DNA of 48,458 nt from an uncultured Gammaproteobacteria bacterium (lineage in GTDB: Bacteria; Patescibacteriota; Microgenomatia; CAYXHB01), in NCBI GenBank assembly GCA_964444295.1, contig CAYUGO010000001.1, positions 1-48,458 of the forward strand, in the 5' to 3' direction. Positions 1 to 8,956 of the stretch are shown here, piece after piece. Under the pieces are notes generated by a model that was not told the DNA's origin, did no database searches, and saw only the letters and a list, made by a program, of their open reading frames with translations. Positions within the stretch are counted from its first letter, which is position 1. Each line of letters begins with the position of its first letter. Made by a program: the position numbers and the translations under genes.

Positions 1-115
1 TCCCTGTCTCACCTGGAGATGCCTGCTGGTGTAGGGATTGAGATTAAGATGTAAGGGTAGAAAAAAAGTCTGGGAGTATAGTGGCGGTTTTGTTATTTAT
101 GCTAGATTTAAGTTG

Positions 116-913
116 ATGTCTTTCTTGTCGCATTCATTTACTACTAGAAAAAATAATTCAAGAGTTTTAAGTCTAATTAAATTAAGTATTGGCTTTTTAT
201 ATGCGATCGTAATTTGTTCTGTGTGTATTTTTGTACTAAAAGATACTTATTCACTCGAAAGTATTTCCAGAAAAAAGATAGTGATTAAAGATAATCTATC
301 TAGAGCAATTCAGTTAGACACAAAAGGTACAATTAGTTCTACTCCTTCAAATGTAGATGAGTTTCAAAAACCTAAATATGAGGTAAAACAAGTGGGTGAT
401 TATAAATACTATTCGAATCCAAGTATAGGATTATCATTTCGTTTCCCCAGTGACTGGGATTTACAAACTTCAAATGCTGATACTGCAAATGAATTTCCAT
501 GTGTAATCCCAGTTGCCTCGATAAATTCTGATAATTTGGGGGGGCTCGCAGTATGCGTGAACTTTGATCCTATCATACCCCTGATAGAAAATAGAAATGA
601 AAATAAGGAAGCACTTGAAGGAAGATTTTTGGCTTTGCTAAACGAAAAGGAAATCGGATATAAATGGGATTTTAGAACAACTCGATACCAGATTGTTCGT
701 AAGTTACAAATATCAGGACTAAAAGCAACTGAGGTTTTGGTAAAACCTACCCCAGATATGATTGGAGAGTCTTTTTATAATCATGTTATATTTATACAAC
801 ATCCGACTCAAGGCTTAAAAGGTATTGTGATGGGCGAGACATATAAGAAAGAATATATTAAAAATGAACCAATGATGCGATCTATAGTGGACAGTGTAAG
901 TTATAAATATTAA
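116..913 (+). CDS. Hypothetical membrane-anchored protein (one N-terminal TM helix, extracytoplasmic domain)
   Basis: ORF 38..913. The first ATG giving a sensible N-terminus is at 116 (MSFLSH...). Hydrophobic helix LIKLSIGFLYAIVICSVCIFVL. No catalytic motif seen. The motif YSNPSIGLSFRFPSDW recurs in the C-terminal domain of the 10250..11980 product. Confidence 0.55.
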   Translation: MSFLSHSFTTRKNNSRVLSLIKLSIGFLYAIVICSVCIFVLKDTYSLESISRKKIVIKDNLSRAIQLDTKGTISSTPSNVDEFQKPKYEVKQVGDYKYYSNPSIGLSFRFPSDWDLQTSNADTANEFPCVIPVASINSDNLGGLAVCVNFDPIIPLIENRNENKEALEGRFLALLNEKEIGYKWDFRTTRYQIVRKLQISGLKATEVLVKPTPDMIGESFYNHVIFIQHPTQGLKGIVMGETYKKEYIKNEPMMRSIVDSVSYKY

Positions 914-952
914 ATATATAATTAACAAATATAATTTGTATAAAAACGGAAA

Positions 953-980
953 TTGCATTCATAATGCAAAGGTGTAATAT
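953..980 (+). promoter_or_regulatory. Sigma70-like promoter candidate, TTGCAT-N16-TAATAT, 9 nt upstream of the GTG start at 990
   Basis: TTGCAT at 953-958, 16-nt spacer, TAATAT at 975-980. The -35 also forms a 7-bp hairpin (TTGCATT cat AATGCAA, 953-969). The intergenic DNA is AT-rich, so chance matches are likely. Confidence 0.3.
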
Positions 981-989
981 TAATAGTTA

Positions 990-1961
990 GTGAACAGAAT
1001 ATTAGGTTGGGTTAAGAATAATAAATTAGCGGTGCTTTTGGGTTTTTTATTTTTGGGGTACTGGTGGCTAAATAATGGGGGTTTGTGGCAATACATGAGT
1101 CTTAGTAATGGACGTAGCTCCTATAGTTATGGAGGAAGGATGGAAGACTCATATGGAACTAATGCTGGTATGCCGATGGCTCAAAGTATAGGTGTTACCA
1201 CAATAGGTTCTAAGAAAATCAGCAATCCAAGCCTTTCTCCCGCTGCGCCTTCTGGGTCAAGCGATCGGATGACCGTGCAAAGTGGATCTTTGGCATTACT
1301 CGTTAAGGATGTTAGAGAAACACAAAATAAAATTAGTCAATATGTCCAAAGTGGAGGTGGATATGTAGTTAACATGAGTACTAATAGACCCAGTGAACAA
1401 CCATATGGAAATATGAGTGTGCGAGTTATGGCTGATAAATTAGACGCGAGCTTTGAGTATTTTAGAAGTTTGGGAGTTAAAGTGACGAGTGAGACCTTGA
1501 ATGGATATGATGTAACAGACCAATATGAGGATTTAGAGACTAGTTTGGGATATTTACAGAGATCCTTGGCACAAATCCAATCAATTCAAGACCAAGCTGA
1601 GAGTTATGACGAGATTCTTGCCGGAACCCGTGAAGTTATAAGTTTACAGCAGCAAATTGATAATTTAAAAGGCAGACAATTGTACTTGGAACAAACTTCT
1701 AAGTTGGCGCTAGTTAACATTAGTATGTCAGCAGATGAATTTGCCCTCCCATACGCACCTGATAGTAATTTCCGCCCAGCGGTGATTTTTAAATTAGCAG
1801 TTCGATCTTTACTCACGACATTACAAGGATTTGGGACGTTAGGAATCTGGATTGCAGTATACAGCTTGGTTTGGATTCCGTTGATAATACTCATTTGGTT
1901 TGTAAATAGAATTATCAGAAGGAGAAATACTAAAAAATTAAATAGACATCCTTTGAATTGA
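990..1961 (+). CDS. DUF4349-like membrane protein (N-terminal TM helix, coiled-coil core, C-terminal TM helices)
   Basis: GTG start. Layout is N-terminal TM helix (LAVLLGFLFLGYWW), then SLALLVKDV...MSVRV...DVTDQYEDLETSL...QQQIDNLKGRQ coiled-coil region, then C-terminal hydrophobic helices. This matches the DUF4349 architecture as I remember it. Confidence 0.6.
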   Translation: MNRILGWVKNNKLAVLLGFLFLGYWWLNNGGLWQYMSLSNGRSSYSYGGRMEDSYGTNAGMPMAQSIGVTTIGSKKISNPSLSPAAPSGSSDRMTVQSGSLALLVKDVRETQNKISQYVQSGGGYVVNMSTNRPSEQPYGNMSVRVMADKLDASFEYFRSLGVKVTSETLNGYDVTDQYEDLETSLGYLQRSLAQIQSIQDQAESYDEILAGTREVISLQQQIDNLKGRQLYLEQTSKLALVNISMSADEFALPYAPDSNFRPAVIFKLAVRSLLTTLQGFGTLGIWIAVYSLVWIPLIILIWFVNRIIRRRNTKKLNRHPLN

Positions 1962-2002
1962 TCTTTGTAGATTGGGAGAGTAATTATGTGTATTATTAGA
2001 AA

Positions 2003-2458
2003 ATGACTGATACCATTTTTGATAAAATTGTTAGGAAAGAAGTTAGGAGTTGGATAATCTGGGAGAGCGAAACTCACTTAGCATTTTTGACACCTTATGG
2101 GAACACTTGGGGACAAACTGTAGTCATACCTAAAGAAAATTTAGGAGATGATGCATTTGAAATGGAGAAAAATGATTACGTTAATCTGACGGTGGCTTGC
2201 CGTGAAGTTGTAGATTTGTTGAAAAAAGGACTGGGTGTCGTGCGGGTGGCTATGGTAATTGAAGGCACAGGAGTCCCATATGTTCATGCCAAACTTTTTC
2301 CATTGCACGGTAAGCTTGCCAAAAATATTGACCTGGAGCAACCAAGTCATCAAGAGTTTTATCCTGAATATGTCGGATACATTTCTACTGTCGAAGGTCC
2401 AAAGATGAATGATGAGGATCTTGATAAAATTGCTGCAAGAATTAAATCTGCAATGTAA
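2003..2458 (+). CDS. HIT-superfamily protein with a degenerate histidine triad
   Basis: N-terminal IFDKIVRKEV..., HLAFLTPY, then GTGVPYVHAKLFPLHG where HxHxH is expected. Only the central His is retained. Confidence 0.65.
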   Translation: MTDTIFDKIVRKEVRSWIIWESETHLAFLTPYGNTWGQTVVIPKENLGDDAFEMEKNDYVNLTVACREVVDLLKKGLGVVRVAMVIEGTGVPYVHAKLFPLHGKLAKNIDLEQPSHQEFYPEYVGYISTVEGPKMNDEDLDKIAARIKSAM

Positions 2459-2491
2459 TTATTATTAGTAAACTGTAGTATTCTAATATTG

Positions 2492-3511
2492 ATGATTAAA
2501 TTTTGGGCTGGATTGTTGTTGGGAATATTGATTGCCGGGAGTATTAGTGCGGGGGGAATAATTTATTATTTAAATAGAGCCGAAAAAAAATTGGCAGGCG
2601 TGGAGAATTATTGGCCAACTTTTGATAATGAGAGTGAAAAACCATTATCAAAATTTTCTTTTCCAGAATTAGCTAAAGAAAAGTTTTTGCCGACTAAAAT
2701 TGAGATACTTGAAGAAATAGATAAAGGGGATGGATGGACAAGTAATAAAATTATGTACACTTGGGACGAGAGGAAAATTTCTGGACAAATAACGAATCCC
2801 GATAGAACCTTATTTAGTGGCCAAAGACCAGTGATCGTCATGGTTCGAGGCTGGGTGGAACCAAGTACATATGAAACCGGCGTGGGAACAAGAAATGTTG
2901 CCAAGGTCTTGGCTAGCAAGGGTTTTGTAACTATATCGACTGACTTCTTGGGGTATGGGGACTCAGACAAACCTGAAGATGATGTATGGTGGGAGAGATT
3001 TAGTAAGCCTTCTCAAGTAATTCAATTAATTAAATCACTTGAGACTCTTGATAATGTTGATGTCGAAAGAATTGGAATGTGGGGCCACAGTAATGGCGGA
3101 CAAATTACTTTGTCAGTTTTGGAAATAACAGGAGCTGATTATCCTACAAGTTTATGGGCTCCGGTGAGTGTGTCTTTCCCCTATGGGATTTTGGTATTTA
3201 CTGAAGGGACTGAGGACGATGGTATGGCTTTACGACGAAGTTTGGCAGCGTTGGAATGGAATTATGACGTGCGGGTTTTTTCGATTTCTTCGTATTTTGA
3301 TAGGATCAAAGCTCCGATTATTCTACATCAGGGAACTAGTGATGTTGATGTTTTGCCAGTATGGTCTGATGCTTTGGCAAATAGATTAAGGAAATTGAAA
3401 GTACCAATTACATATCATTTGTATCAAGGGGCTGACCATAATTTGAGACCAGCTTGGAACACCGCAGTAGAGCGAGATGTAGAGTTTTTTAGCGAGAAAC
3501 TAAAACCATAA
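2492..3511 (+). CDS. Alpha/beta hydrolase (S9 prolyl-oligopeptidase / dienelactone-hydrolase-like), membrane-anchored
   Basis: ORF starts with TTG at 2489 and ATG at 2492. N-terminal TM helix. Nucleophile elbow GMWGHSNGG (GxSxG). Downstream HQGTSDVDV (Asp) and GADHNL (His) complete a plausible triad. Confidence 0.75.
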   Translation: MIKFWAGLLLGILIAGSISAGGIIYYLNRAEKKLAGVENYWPTFDNESEKPLSKFSFPELAKEKFLPTKIEILEEIDKGDGWTSNKIMYTWDERKISGQITNPDRTLFSGQRPVIVMVRGWVEPSTYETGVGTRNVAKVLASKGFVTISTDFLGYGDSDKPEDDVWWERFSKPSQVIQLIKSLETLDNVDVERIGMWGHSNGGQITLSVLEITGADYPTSLWAPVSVSFPYGILVFTEGTEDDGMALRRSLAALEWNYDVRVFSISSYFDRIKAPIILHQGTSDVDVLPVWSDALANRLRKLKVPITYHLYQGADHNLRPAWNTAVERDVEFFSEKLKP

Positions 3512-3538
3512 TTATTATTTGACAATAAAATAAAGTCA

Positions 3539-4570
3539 TTGCATAGTGAGTTAATGAGGTTATTGCAAGATCATTGGGACGAAGTAATCGGTAAAACAGT
3601 CTTAGTTCGGTGTAATTATGATGTGGATATCGAAGATGGAAAAGTTCTTGATACAACTCGAGTCGAAGACAGTTTGGAAACAATAAGAGCATTGCTTGAT
3701 AACGGGTGCAAGCTAGTATTACTGGCTCATTTGGGGCGTCCTGATGGCGAAGCCAAAGCTGAATTTTCTCTGGCTCCAGTTCATGCGCTTTTGGGGGATT
3801 TGATTGGGGAGCCAATTTCGTTCGTAAATGAATTAAACGCAGATTTGGTTAGAAATGCGGCAACTAGAATTGTAATGATGGAAAATTTACGTTTCTGGTC
3901 GGAGGAAGAAGCCAATGACGATCAATTTGCCCAAACACTATCCTCAATGGGTGATTATTATGTTAATGAAGCTTTTGCTAATTGCCACAGAGCACATGCT
4001 TCAATTGTAGGAATTCCCAAACATTTACCGCATGTGGCAGGACTTCACTTGTCAAGAGAATACGAGATTCTGACCAAGGCTCGACATGATCCAGCTAAGC
4101 CACTAGTGGTAGTAATTGGAGGGTCAAAAGTTGAAACCAAAGCTCCGTTGGTTGACGCTTTTCGGGATATTGCTGATTGGATTTTGGTAGGGGGAAAGAT
4201 AGCAACGGAAATATCTGACGAACACAAGGCAATGCCTAATTTGATAATTGCTGATTTGGTAGAGAGTGGTAAAGATATTACGGAAGACAGTGCAAGATTG
4301 TTTAGCGAAAAAATCATGGCAGCAAAAAGTGTGATTTGGAACGGTACAATGGGAATTTTTGAAGAAGATGAATATAAACTAGGAACAACTATTGTTGCTC
4401 AAGCGGTGAACACTACTGAGGCTTTTACTGTGGTGGGTGGTGGTGATACCGAAGCTGCATTGACTGTCCTTAATATGGAGGATGGCATTGACCATATCAG
4501 TACAGGTGGAGGCGCAATGTTGGATTATCTTTGTGATGGATCACTGGTTGGATTTGATGCTTTGGCATAA
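3539..4570 (+). CDS. pgk: Phosphoglycerate kinase (compact form)
   Basis: Motifs VLVRCNYDV, LLAHLGRPDG, NLRFW, NEAFANCHRAHAS, VVIGGSKV, WNGTMGIFE, GGGDT, STGGGA. TTG start at 3539; an alternative ATG lies at 3554. The product is 343 aa, shorter than typical bacterial PGK. Confidence 0.9.
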   Translation: MHSELMRLLQDHWDEVIGKTVLVRCNYDVDIEDGKVLDTTRVEDSLETIRALLDNGCKLVLLAHLGRPDGEAKAEFSLAPVHALLGDLIGEPISFVNELNADLVRNAATRIVMMENLRFWSEEEANDDQFAQTLSSMGDYYVNEAFANCHRAHASIVGIPKHLPHVAGLHLSREYEILTKARHDPAKPLVVVIGGSKVETKAPLVDAFRDIADWILVGGKIATEISDEHKAMPNLIIADLVESGKDITEDSARLFSEKIMAAKSVIWNGTMGIFEEDEYKLGTTIVAQAVNTTEAFTVVGGGDTEAALTVLNMEDGIDHISTGGGAMLDYLCDGSLVGFDALA

Positions 4571-4616
4571 TTTGGACGGTTGACAAGTGACGCAAACATC
4601 TGAGCATAATATATAC

Positions 4617-5663
4617 ATGGTAAAAATTGGAATTAATGGATTTGGAAGAATTGGAAGATTGGCTTTTCGGGTAGCAACAATGAATCACTCAAGTGATGCA
4701 GAAATCGCGGTAATCAATACTTCCGGTTCGATGAGTGCTAGCGGATGGATGATGTTGGTTAAGTACGACACAAATTTCAAGAGATATCCGTTTGAGATTA
4801 GCGCAGAAGATGTCAAAAATCCTAAAGAAGCTACTGATGAAGATCCATTGATTGGTTACATTATTGTGCAAGGCAAAAAATATCCTGTGCTAGCGCAGAA
4901 GAATCCTGAAAAGATTCCTTGGGGAGGATATGGAGTTGATGTGGTAATTGAGTCAACAGGTGTATTTATCGACACAAAAGGTGCATCTGGACATTTCGTG
5001 GGCGGAGCAAAGAAGGTTGTTCTTTCGGCACCTGCTAAAGGTGATGACATTCCCACTTACGTACTTGGAGTTAATCAAACAGGAGGAGAAAAAATTATAT
5101 CTAATGCTTCCTGTACGACGAATTGTATATCGCCTGTAACAAAGGTAATAATGAGCAATTTCGGGATTCAAAAGGCAATGATGACCACGATTCACAGTTT
5201 TACTGATGATCAAAGGCTTCATGATAACTCACATAAGGATTTACGACGTGCCCGTGCTGCAGGACAAAATATCGTGCCAACCACTACGGGAGCTGCTGTG
5301 GCAACAGGATTAGTTATTCCTGAAATAGTGGGCAAATTCGATGGAATTGCTATCAGGGTACCAACGCCAGCTGGATCTGTGTCTGATATAACTTTTTTAA
5401 CCGAAAAAGATACTACAGTTGAGGAAGTTAACAAAGTTTTGACTGAAGCTGCGAACAAACCTGAGTTTGCGGGAATATTGGCAGTTACAAGTGATCCTTT
5501 AGTATCTTCTGATATTATCGGACAAACTTATTCGGCTATCGTTGATTTGGAATTCACTCAAGTAGTAGGTGGAAATATGGTAAAAGTTTTGGCTTGGTAT
5601 GATAATGAATGGGGATATACAAATAGGTTGGTTGAGCAAGCGATTTTGGCAGCTGGACTATAG
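4617..5663 (+). CDS. gap: Glyceraldehyde-3-phosphate dehydrogenase
   Basis: Rossmann motif KIGINGFGRIGR directly after the ATG at 4617 (ORF opens with GTG at 4587). Catalytic SNASCTTNC. C-terminal WYDNEWGY. Confidence 0.95.
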   Translation: MVKIGINGFGRIGRLAFRVATMNHSSDAEIAVINTSGSMSASGWMMLVKYDTNFKRYPFEISAEDVKNPKEATDEDPLIGYIIVQGKKYPVLAQKNPEKIPWGGYGVDVVIESTGVFIDTKGASGHFVGGAKKVVLSAPAKGDDIPTYVLGVNQTGGEKIISNASCTTNCISPVTKVIMSNFGIQKAMMTTIHSFTDDQRLHDNSHKDLRRARAAGQNIVPTTTGAAVATGLVIPEIVGKFDGIAIRVPTPAGSVSDITFLTEKDTTVEEVNKVLTEAANKPEFAGILAVTSDPLVSSDIIGQTYSAIVDLEFTQVVGGNMVKVLAWYDNEWGYTNRLVEQAILAAGL

Positions 5664-5708
5664 GTGTGAATTTGGTTTTTAGGTTAGATTTGAGTATGAT
5701 GGTAATTA

Positions 5709-6452
5709 ATGATGTTTAATTGGAATAAAGGTTTGGTGATTAAAATAATAGTTTTGGTAGTTTTGGGATTAGGGTGGTGGTATACAGGCACGCAAATATC
5801 CAAAAAACCGCAATCTATTGTAGAAGGAGGGCGTAATTTGCCTGATTTTAAGGCGATTACCAGTTCGTATGCTGTTTTTTATACAACGGCTGATCTGATT
5901 GATAAAACTAACACTGTTGTGCAGTTTCCTTATTACTTCTCTACCCCACATCAACCTTTATTTTTGAATTTGCAAACGAATCCGGGAACAAATGAAGTAA
6001 TAATCTTAGTGGATCATCCAATTATAGAAAAAATTAAGACTTGGTCCAAAATTGTCAGCAAGGACTTAGTTTTGTATCAAAGGGAACAACAATTTAGCTC
6101 AATTGATAACTTTATTAATAGTCCCCCTAAATCGGGTAAAGTTGTGGCGGATTCTGCGTTGATATTTAATAAAAAAATCAAACCTGATGCTAACATCTTG
6201 TCCCTTGGCGAATGGACAAGCGAAACTGATTTTGATTATTTCTTAACTACTTACCATGAGCCGACAATAAAAGATTATTACAATATTGCAGAATTTAGTG
6301 TGGATGCTAGCGATGGGTATCTTAAAGAATGTGGAGAGGACAAAGATGATTGTCATCCAACGTTAACCTGGAAATTGGATATGCCAAATAGCGGAGATGA
6401 AACATTGTTTCTAGGTGAGGTACATGTTGATTTTCGTCAATCTTCTAAATAA
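5709..6452 (+). CDS. Hypothetical membrane-anchored protein
   Basis: N-terminal TM helix (LVIKIIVLVVLGLGWWY) followed by a soluble domain with no motif I recognise. Sits between gap and glgA in the same orientation. Confidence 0.5.
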   Translation: MMFNWNKGLVIKIIVLVVLGLGWWYTGTQISKKPQSIVEGGRNLPDFKAITSSYAVFYTTADLIDKTNTVVQFPYYFSTPHQPLFLNLQTNPGTNEVIILVDHPIIEKIKTWSKIVSKDLVLYQREQQFSSIDNFINSPPKSGKVVADSALIFNKKIKPDANILSLGEWTSETDFDYFLTTYHEPTIKDYYNIAEFSVDASDGYLKECGEDKDDCHPTLTWKLDMPNSGDETLFLGEVHVDFRQSSK

Positions 6453-6454
6453 AT

Positions 6455-7861
6455 ATGAAAGTAGTATCAATTGCTTCTGAAGTAGCTTCTATTCACAAAA
6501 CCGGTGGATTAGGTGATGTGGTGAGAGATCTGGCATTGGAATTGAGAAAAAACGATGTTGAAATTGATGTTTTGATTCCTATGTATTCGCATTTGGTAAA
6601 CGAAGAGAATATGAGAAACAAAATATGGGACGGAACGATTAATTTCGGAGGGGACTTGCGACAAGTATCTTTATATATGGTGAGAATCCCCAATACCGAT
6701 ATTAATTGCTATATGATTTATGAACCAAAAATAATATCAAATAATAGTTGTAACGATGTAGCTCGATATGGATTGCTAAGTAAGGTTGTAGTTAAATTAC
6801 TAATCGATAAGATAATAACTTGCGACCTGTTGCATTTGCATGACTGGCATTTAGGTTTATTACCATTAATTGCCAAGCATGAAGGATTATTAATTCCAAC
6901 TTTGTTAACGATTCATAATGTACTCTTTCAAGGCGATACTGAACCTACTATTCTTGACGATTTGGGAATTAAATGGGATTATTTGCCAGAACTCCTGTGG
7001 GACGTACAGGATGGTGACTTGAATTTTTTGATGCAAGGAATAATCCACAGTGATTATGTGACGACTGTTAGTCCAACGTATAAGAATGAAATTCTAAGTG
7101 AACCAAGTGCTGGGGGGATGAGTAGTGCCTTAATTAACAAAAATGATAAATTTAGTGGAATACTAAATGGGATAGATATAAATGTATGGAATCCAGAAAA
7201 TGATTTTTTCTTAGACTCAAAATTTAATATATCAAATTACAGGGAAGGGAAAGGTAGCGCTCGAAATCAGTTATCAAATTCACTCAAGAAAAAAATTGAG
7301 GAGGATGATATTTTGTTATCGTACATTGGCAGAGCTGATAGCCGTCAAAAAGGAATTGGGTTAATTCTTGATGCTGTGAATAATATGGGGCTACTGAATA
7401 GTAATCTGCGACTGGTTATGCTTACAGAGGGTGACGATCAGCTGGAAAACCAAATTATCCAAACTGCGAATCGATTTGATCGAATGGATGCATTTATAAA
7501 ATTTGATGATCAGCTAGCACATGTTTTGTATGCTGCAAGTGATATGTCGCTAATTCCATCATGGTATGAGCCTTGTGGTTTAGTACAAATGATGGCCATG
7601 CGATACGGAAGTGTACCCATTGCCAGAGCAACCGGAGGGTTAATTGATACGATTGATGACAAAGTTAATGGTTATTTGTTTGAACAATTTGAGGCGAGAA
7701 GTTTGTTAGAGTCGATAAAAATAGCCGAAGAAAAGTTTAGATTAGCAAATGAATGGGATGAAATTGTAAAAAATTGCATGGTGCATAATTGGAGTTGGGA
7801 GAATTCTGCGCGTGAGTATAAAGCCTTATATACTAGGATGATAGAGAAAAACTCATGTTAG
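6455..7861 (+). CDS. glgA: Glycogen/starch synthase (GT5, bacterial GlgA type)
   Basis: N-terminal SEVASIHKTGGLGDVV (KTGGL motif), HLHDWH, TVSPTY, and C-terminal PSWYEPCGLVQM...ATGGL. Confidence 0.85.
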   Translation: MKVVSIASEVASIHKTGGLGDVVRDLALELRKNDVEIDVLIPMYSHLVNEENMRNKIWDGTINFGGDLRQVSLYMVRIPNTDINCYMIYEPKIISNNSCNDVARYGLLSKVVVKLLIDKIITCDLLHLHDWHLGLLPLIAKHEGLLIPTLLTIHNVLFQGDTEPTILDDLGIKWDYLPELLWDVQDGDLNFLMQGIIHSDYVTTVSPTYKNEILSEPSAGGMSSALINKNDKFSGILNGIDINVWNPENDFFLDSKFNISNYREGKGSARNQLSNSLKKKIEEDDILLSYIGRADSRQKGIGLILDAVNNMGLLNSNLRLVMLTEGDDQLENQIIQTANRFDRMDAFIKFDDQLAHVLYAASDMSLIPSWYEPCGLVQMMAMRYGSVPIARATGGLIDTIDDKVNGYLFEQFEARSLLESIKIAEEKFRLANEWDEIVKNCMVHNWSWENSAREYKALYTRMIEKNSC

Positions 7862-7872
7862 CTGAGACATCA

Positions 7873-7901
7873 TTGACAGTTGAGTGTTTTTTGCCTAATA
7901 T
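7873..7901 (+). promoter_or_regulatory. Near-consensus sigma70-like promoter, TTGACA-N17-TAATAT, ahead of the surface-protein cluster
   Basis: TTGACA at 7873-7878, 17-nt spacer, TAATAT at 7896-7901. Lies 32 nt upstream of the ATG at 7934. Confidence 0.45.
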
Positions 7902-7933
7902 CGAATTTAGTTGAGGTTTATTGAAAACTAGAT

Positions 7934-8881
7934 ATGACAAAAAAAATATTTTATCTATTTGTACTCGTTTTGTTGGGTGGAGGATTTTTTTTAACTAATG
8001 GTGGAAAGGTGTACGCACAAGCAGGAAGGTCTCTGACAATTATTCCACCGAAGTTTGATGGCTTATTTGCTAACCCAGGAGATACTGCTGTTGAAACATT
8101 GAGGGTTAGGAACGACTCTGATACTCCTGTAACATATGGAATTAAGATTGAGGACTTTACAACCAGCGGTGAAGAGGGACAGGTTGTGTTGGAAGAAGGG
8201 GAAAGCGACAAGAATTTTTCTTTAGCCTCATGGATTGAGATGGAAACCAGTGACATAGTCTTACAGCCACTTGAAGAAAGAACGATATCTTTTGTAATTA
8301 ACGTTCCACGTAACGCAGAACCAGGCGGACATTATGCTTCGATATTGTTTCAGTCGACAGCTGAACAAATCCCTGGAAATGCTGCCGTAGCACAAAGAGT
8401 TGGATCGTTAGTGTTGCTAAGAGTTTCGGGGAACGTTGATGAGAATGCTGAGTTGCTGACATTTTCTACTCCTAATTATCAAAAAAGCGGACCAATAACT
8501 TTTTCGATGAGAGTTGAGAATAAGGGAAATGTCCACGTGCAACCTCAAGGCACAATTATTATCAAAAATATGTTTGGGAAAAAGGTAGCTGAAATTCCAT
8601 TGGATAGCAGAAATGTTTTGCCAGGTGCTGTAAGAAAAATGGATACGGTTTGGAATCAAGAAAGATTACTTGGAAGATATACTGCCACACTTATTTCTCA
8701 ATATGGAGAAGGTGCTAAGAAAAACACGCTATCTGCTGCAATTAATTTTACGGTTGCATCACCAGTAGCAATCGTACTCATTGTTGTCGGAACTATCGCA
8801 GTGCTGGGTATCTTGGTTTTTATGATTGCCGGATGGGGACGAATGTCTAAGGCAATGAAAATGATTGCTACAGGGAAATAG
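7934..8881 (+). CDS. Secreted Ig-fold surface protein with a C-terminal TM anchor (DUF916/DUF3324-like)
   Basis: Signal peptide (LFVLVLLGGGFFL...VYAQA). Two beta-rich modules (LRVRNDSDTPVTY; FSMRVENKGNVHVQPQG). C-terminal helix VAIVLIVVGTIAVLGILVFMIAGW followed by basic residues. The family assignment is from memory. Confidence 0.5.
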   Translation: MTKKIFYLFVLVLLGGGFFLTNGGKVYAQAGRSLTIIPPKFDGLFANPGDTAVETLRVRNDSDTPVTYGIKIEDFTTSGEEGQVVLEEGESDKNFSLASWIEMETSDIVLQPLEERTISFVINVPRNAEPGGHYASILFQSTAEQIPGNAAVAQRVGSLVLLRVSGNVDENAELLTFSTPNYQKSGPITFSMRVENKGNVHVQPQGTIIIKNMFGKKVAEIPLDSRNVLPGAVRKMDTVWNQERLLGRYTATLISQYGEGAKKNTLSAAINFTVASPVAIVLIVVGTIAVLGILVFMIAGWGRMSKAMKMIATGK

Positions 8882-8956
8882 TTCTGGGTTTAGTTCTTCG
8901 TTAATAACTTGTTAGAATAAAGAGTAAGTTTATTGATAAAATGAGTTACTACCTTT

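Noticed and set aside
1-37. The first 13-14 nt (TCCCTGTCTCACC) could be read as a T-stem 3' strand plus a 7-nt acceptor 3' strand, that is the 3' end of a plus-strand tRNA cut by the window edge.
   Set aside because: Only a fragment is visible. There is no T-loop or CCA to anchor it, and the implied acceptor stem (GGTGAGA) cannot be verified. It is not reportable as a feature.
1604-2077. Antisense or shadow ORFs nested in or across clearly assigned genes, for example 1604-2077, 2608-2970, 8890-9162, 9229-9573, 10933-11403, 13289-13732, 16734-17009 and 34946-35197.
   Set aside because: Each lies opposite a longer ORF with strong family motifs. Their translations are low-complexity or Cys/Ser/Ile-rich with no motifs. 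They are typical frame shadows of AT-rich coding DNA.
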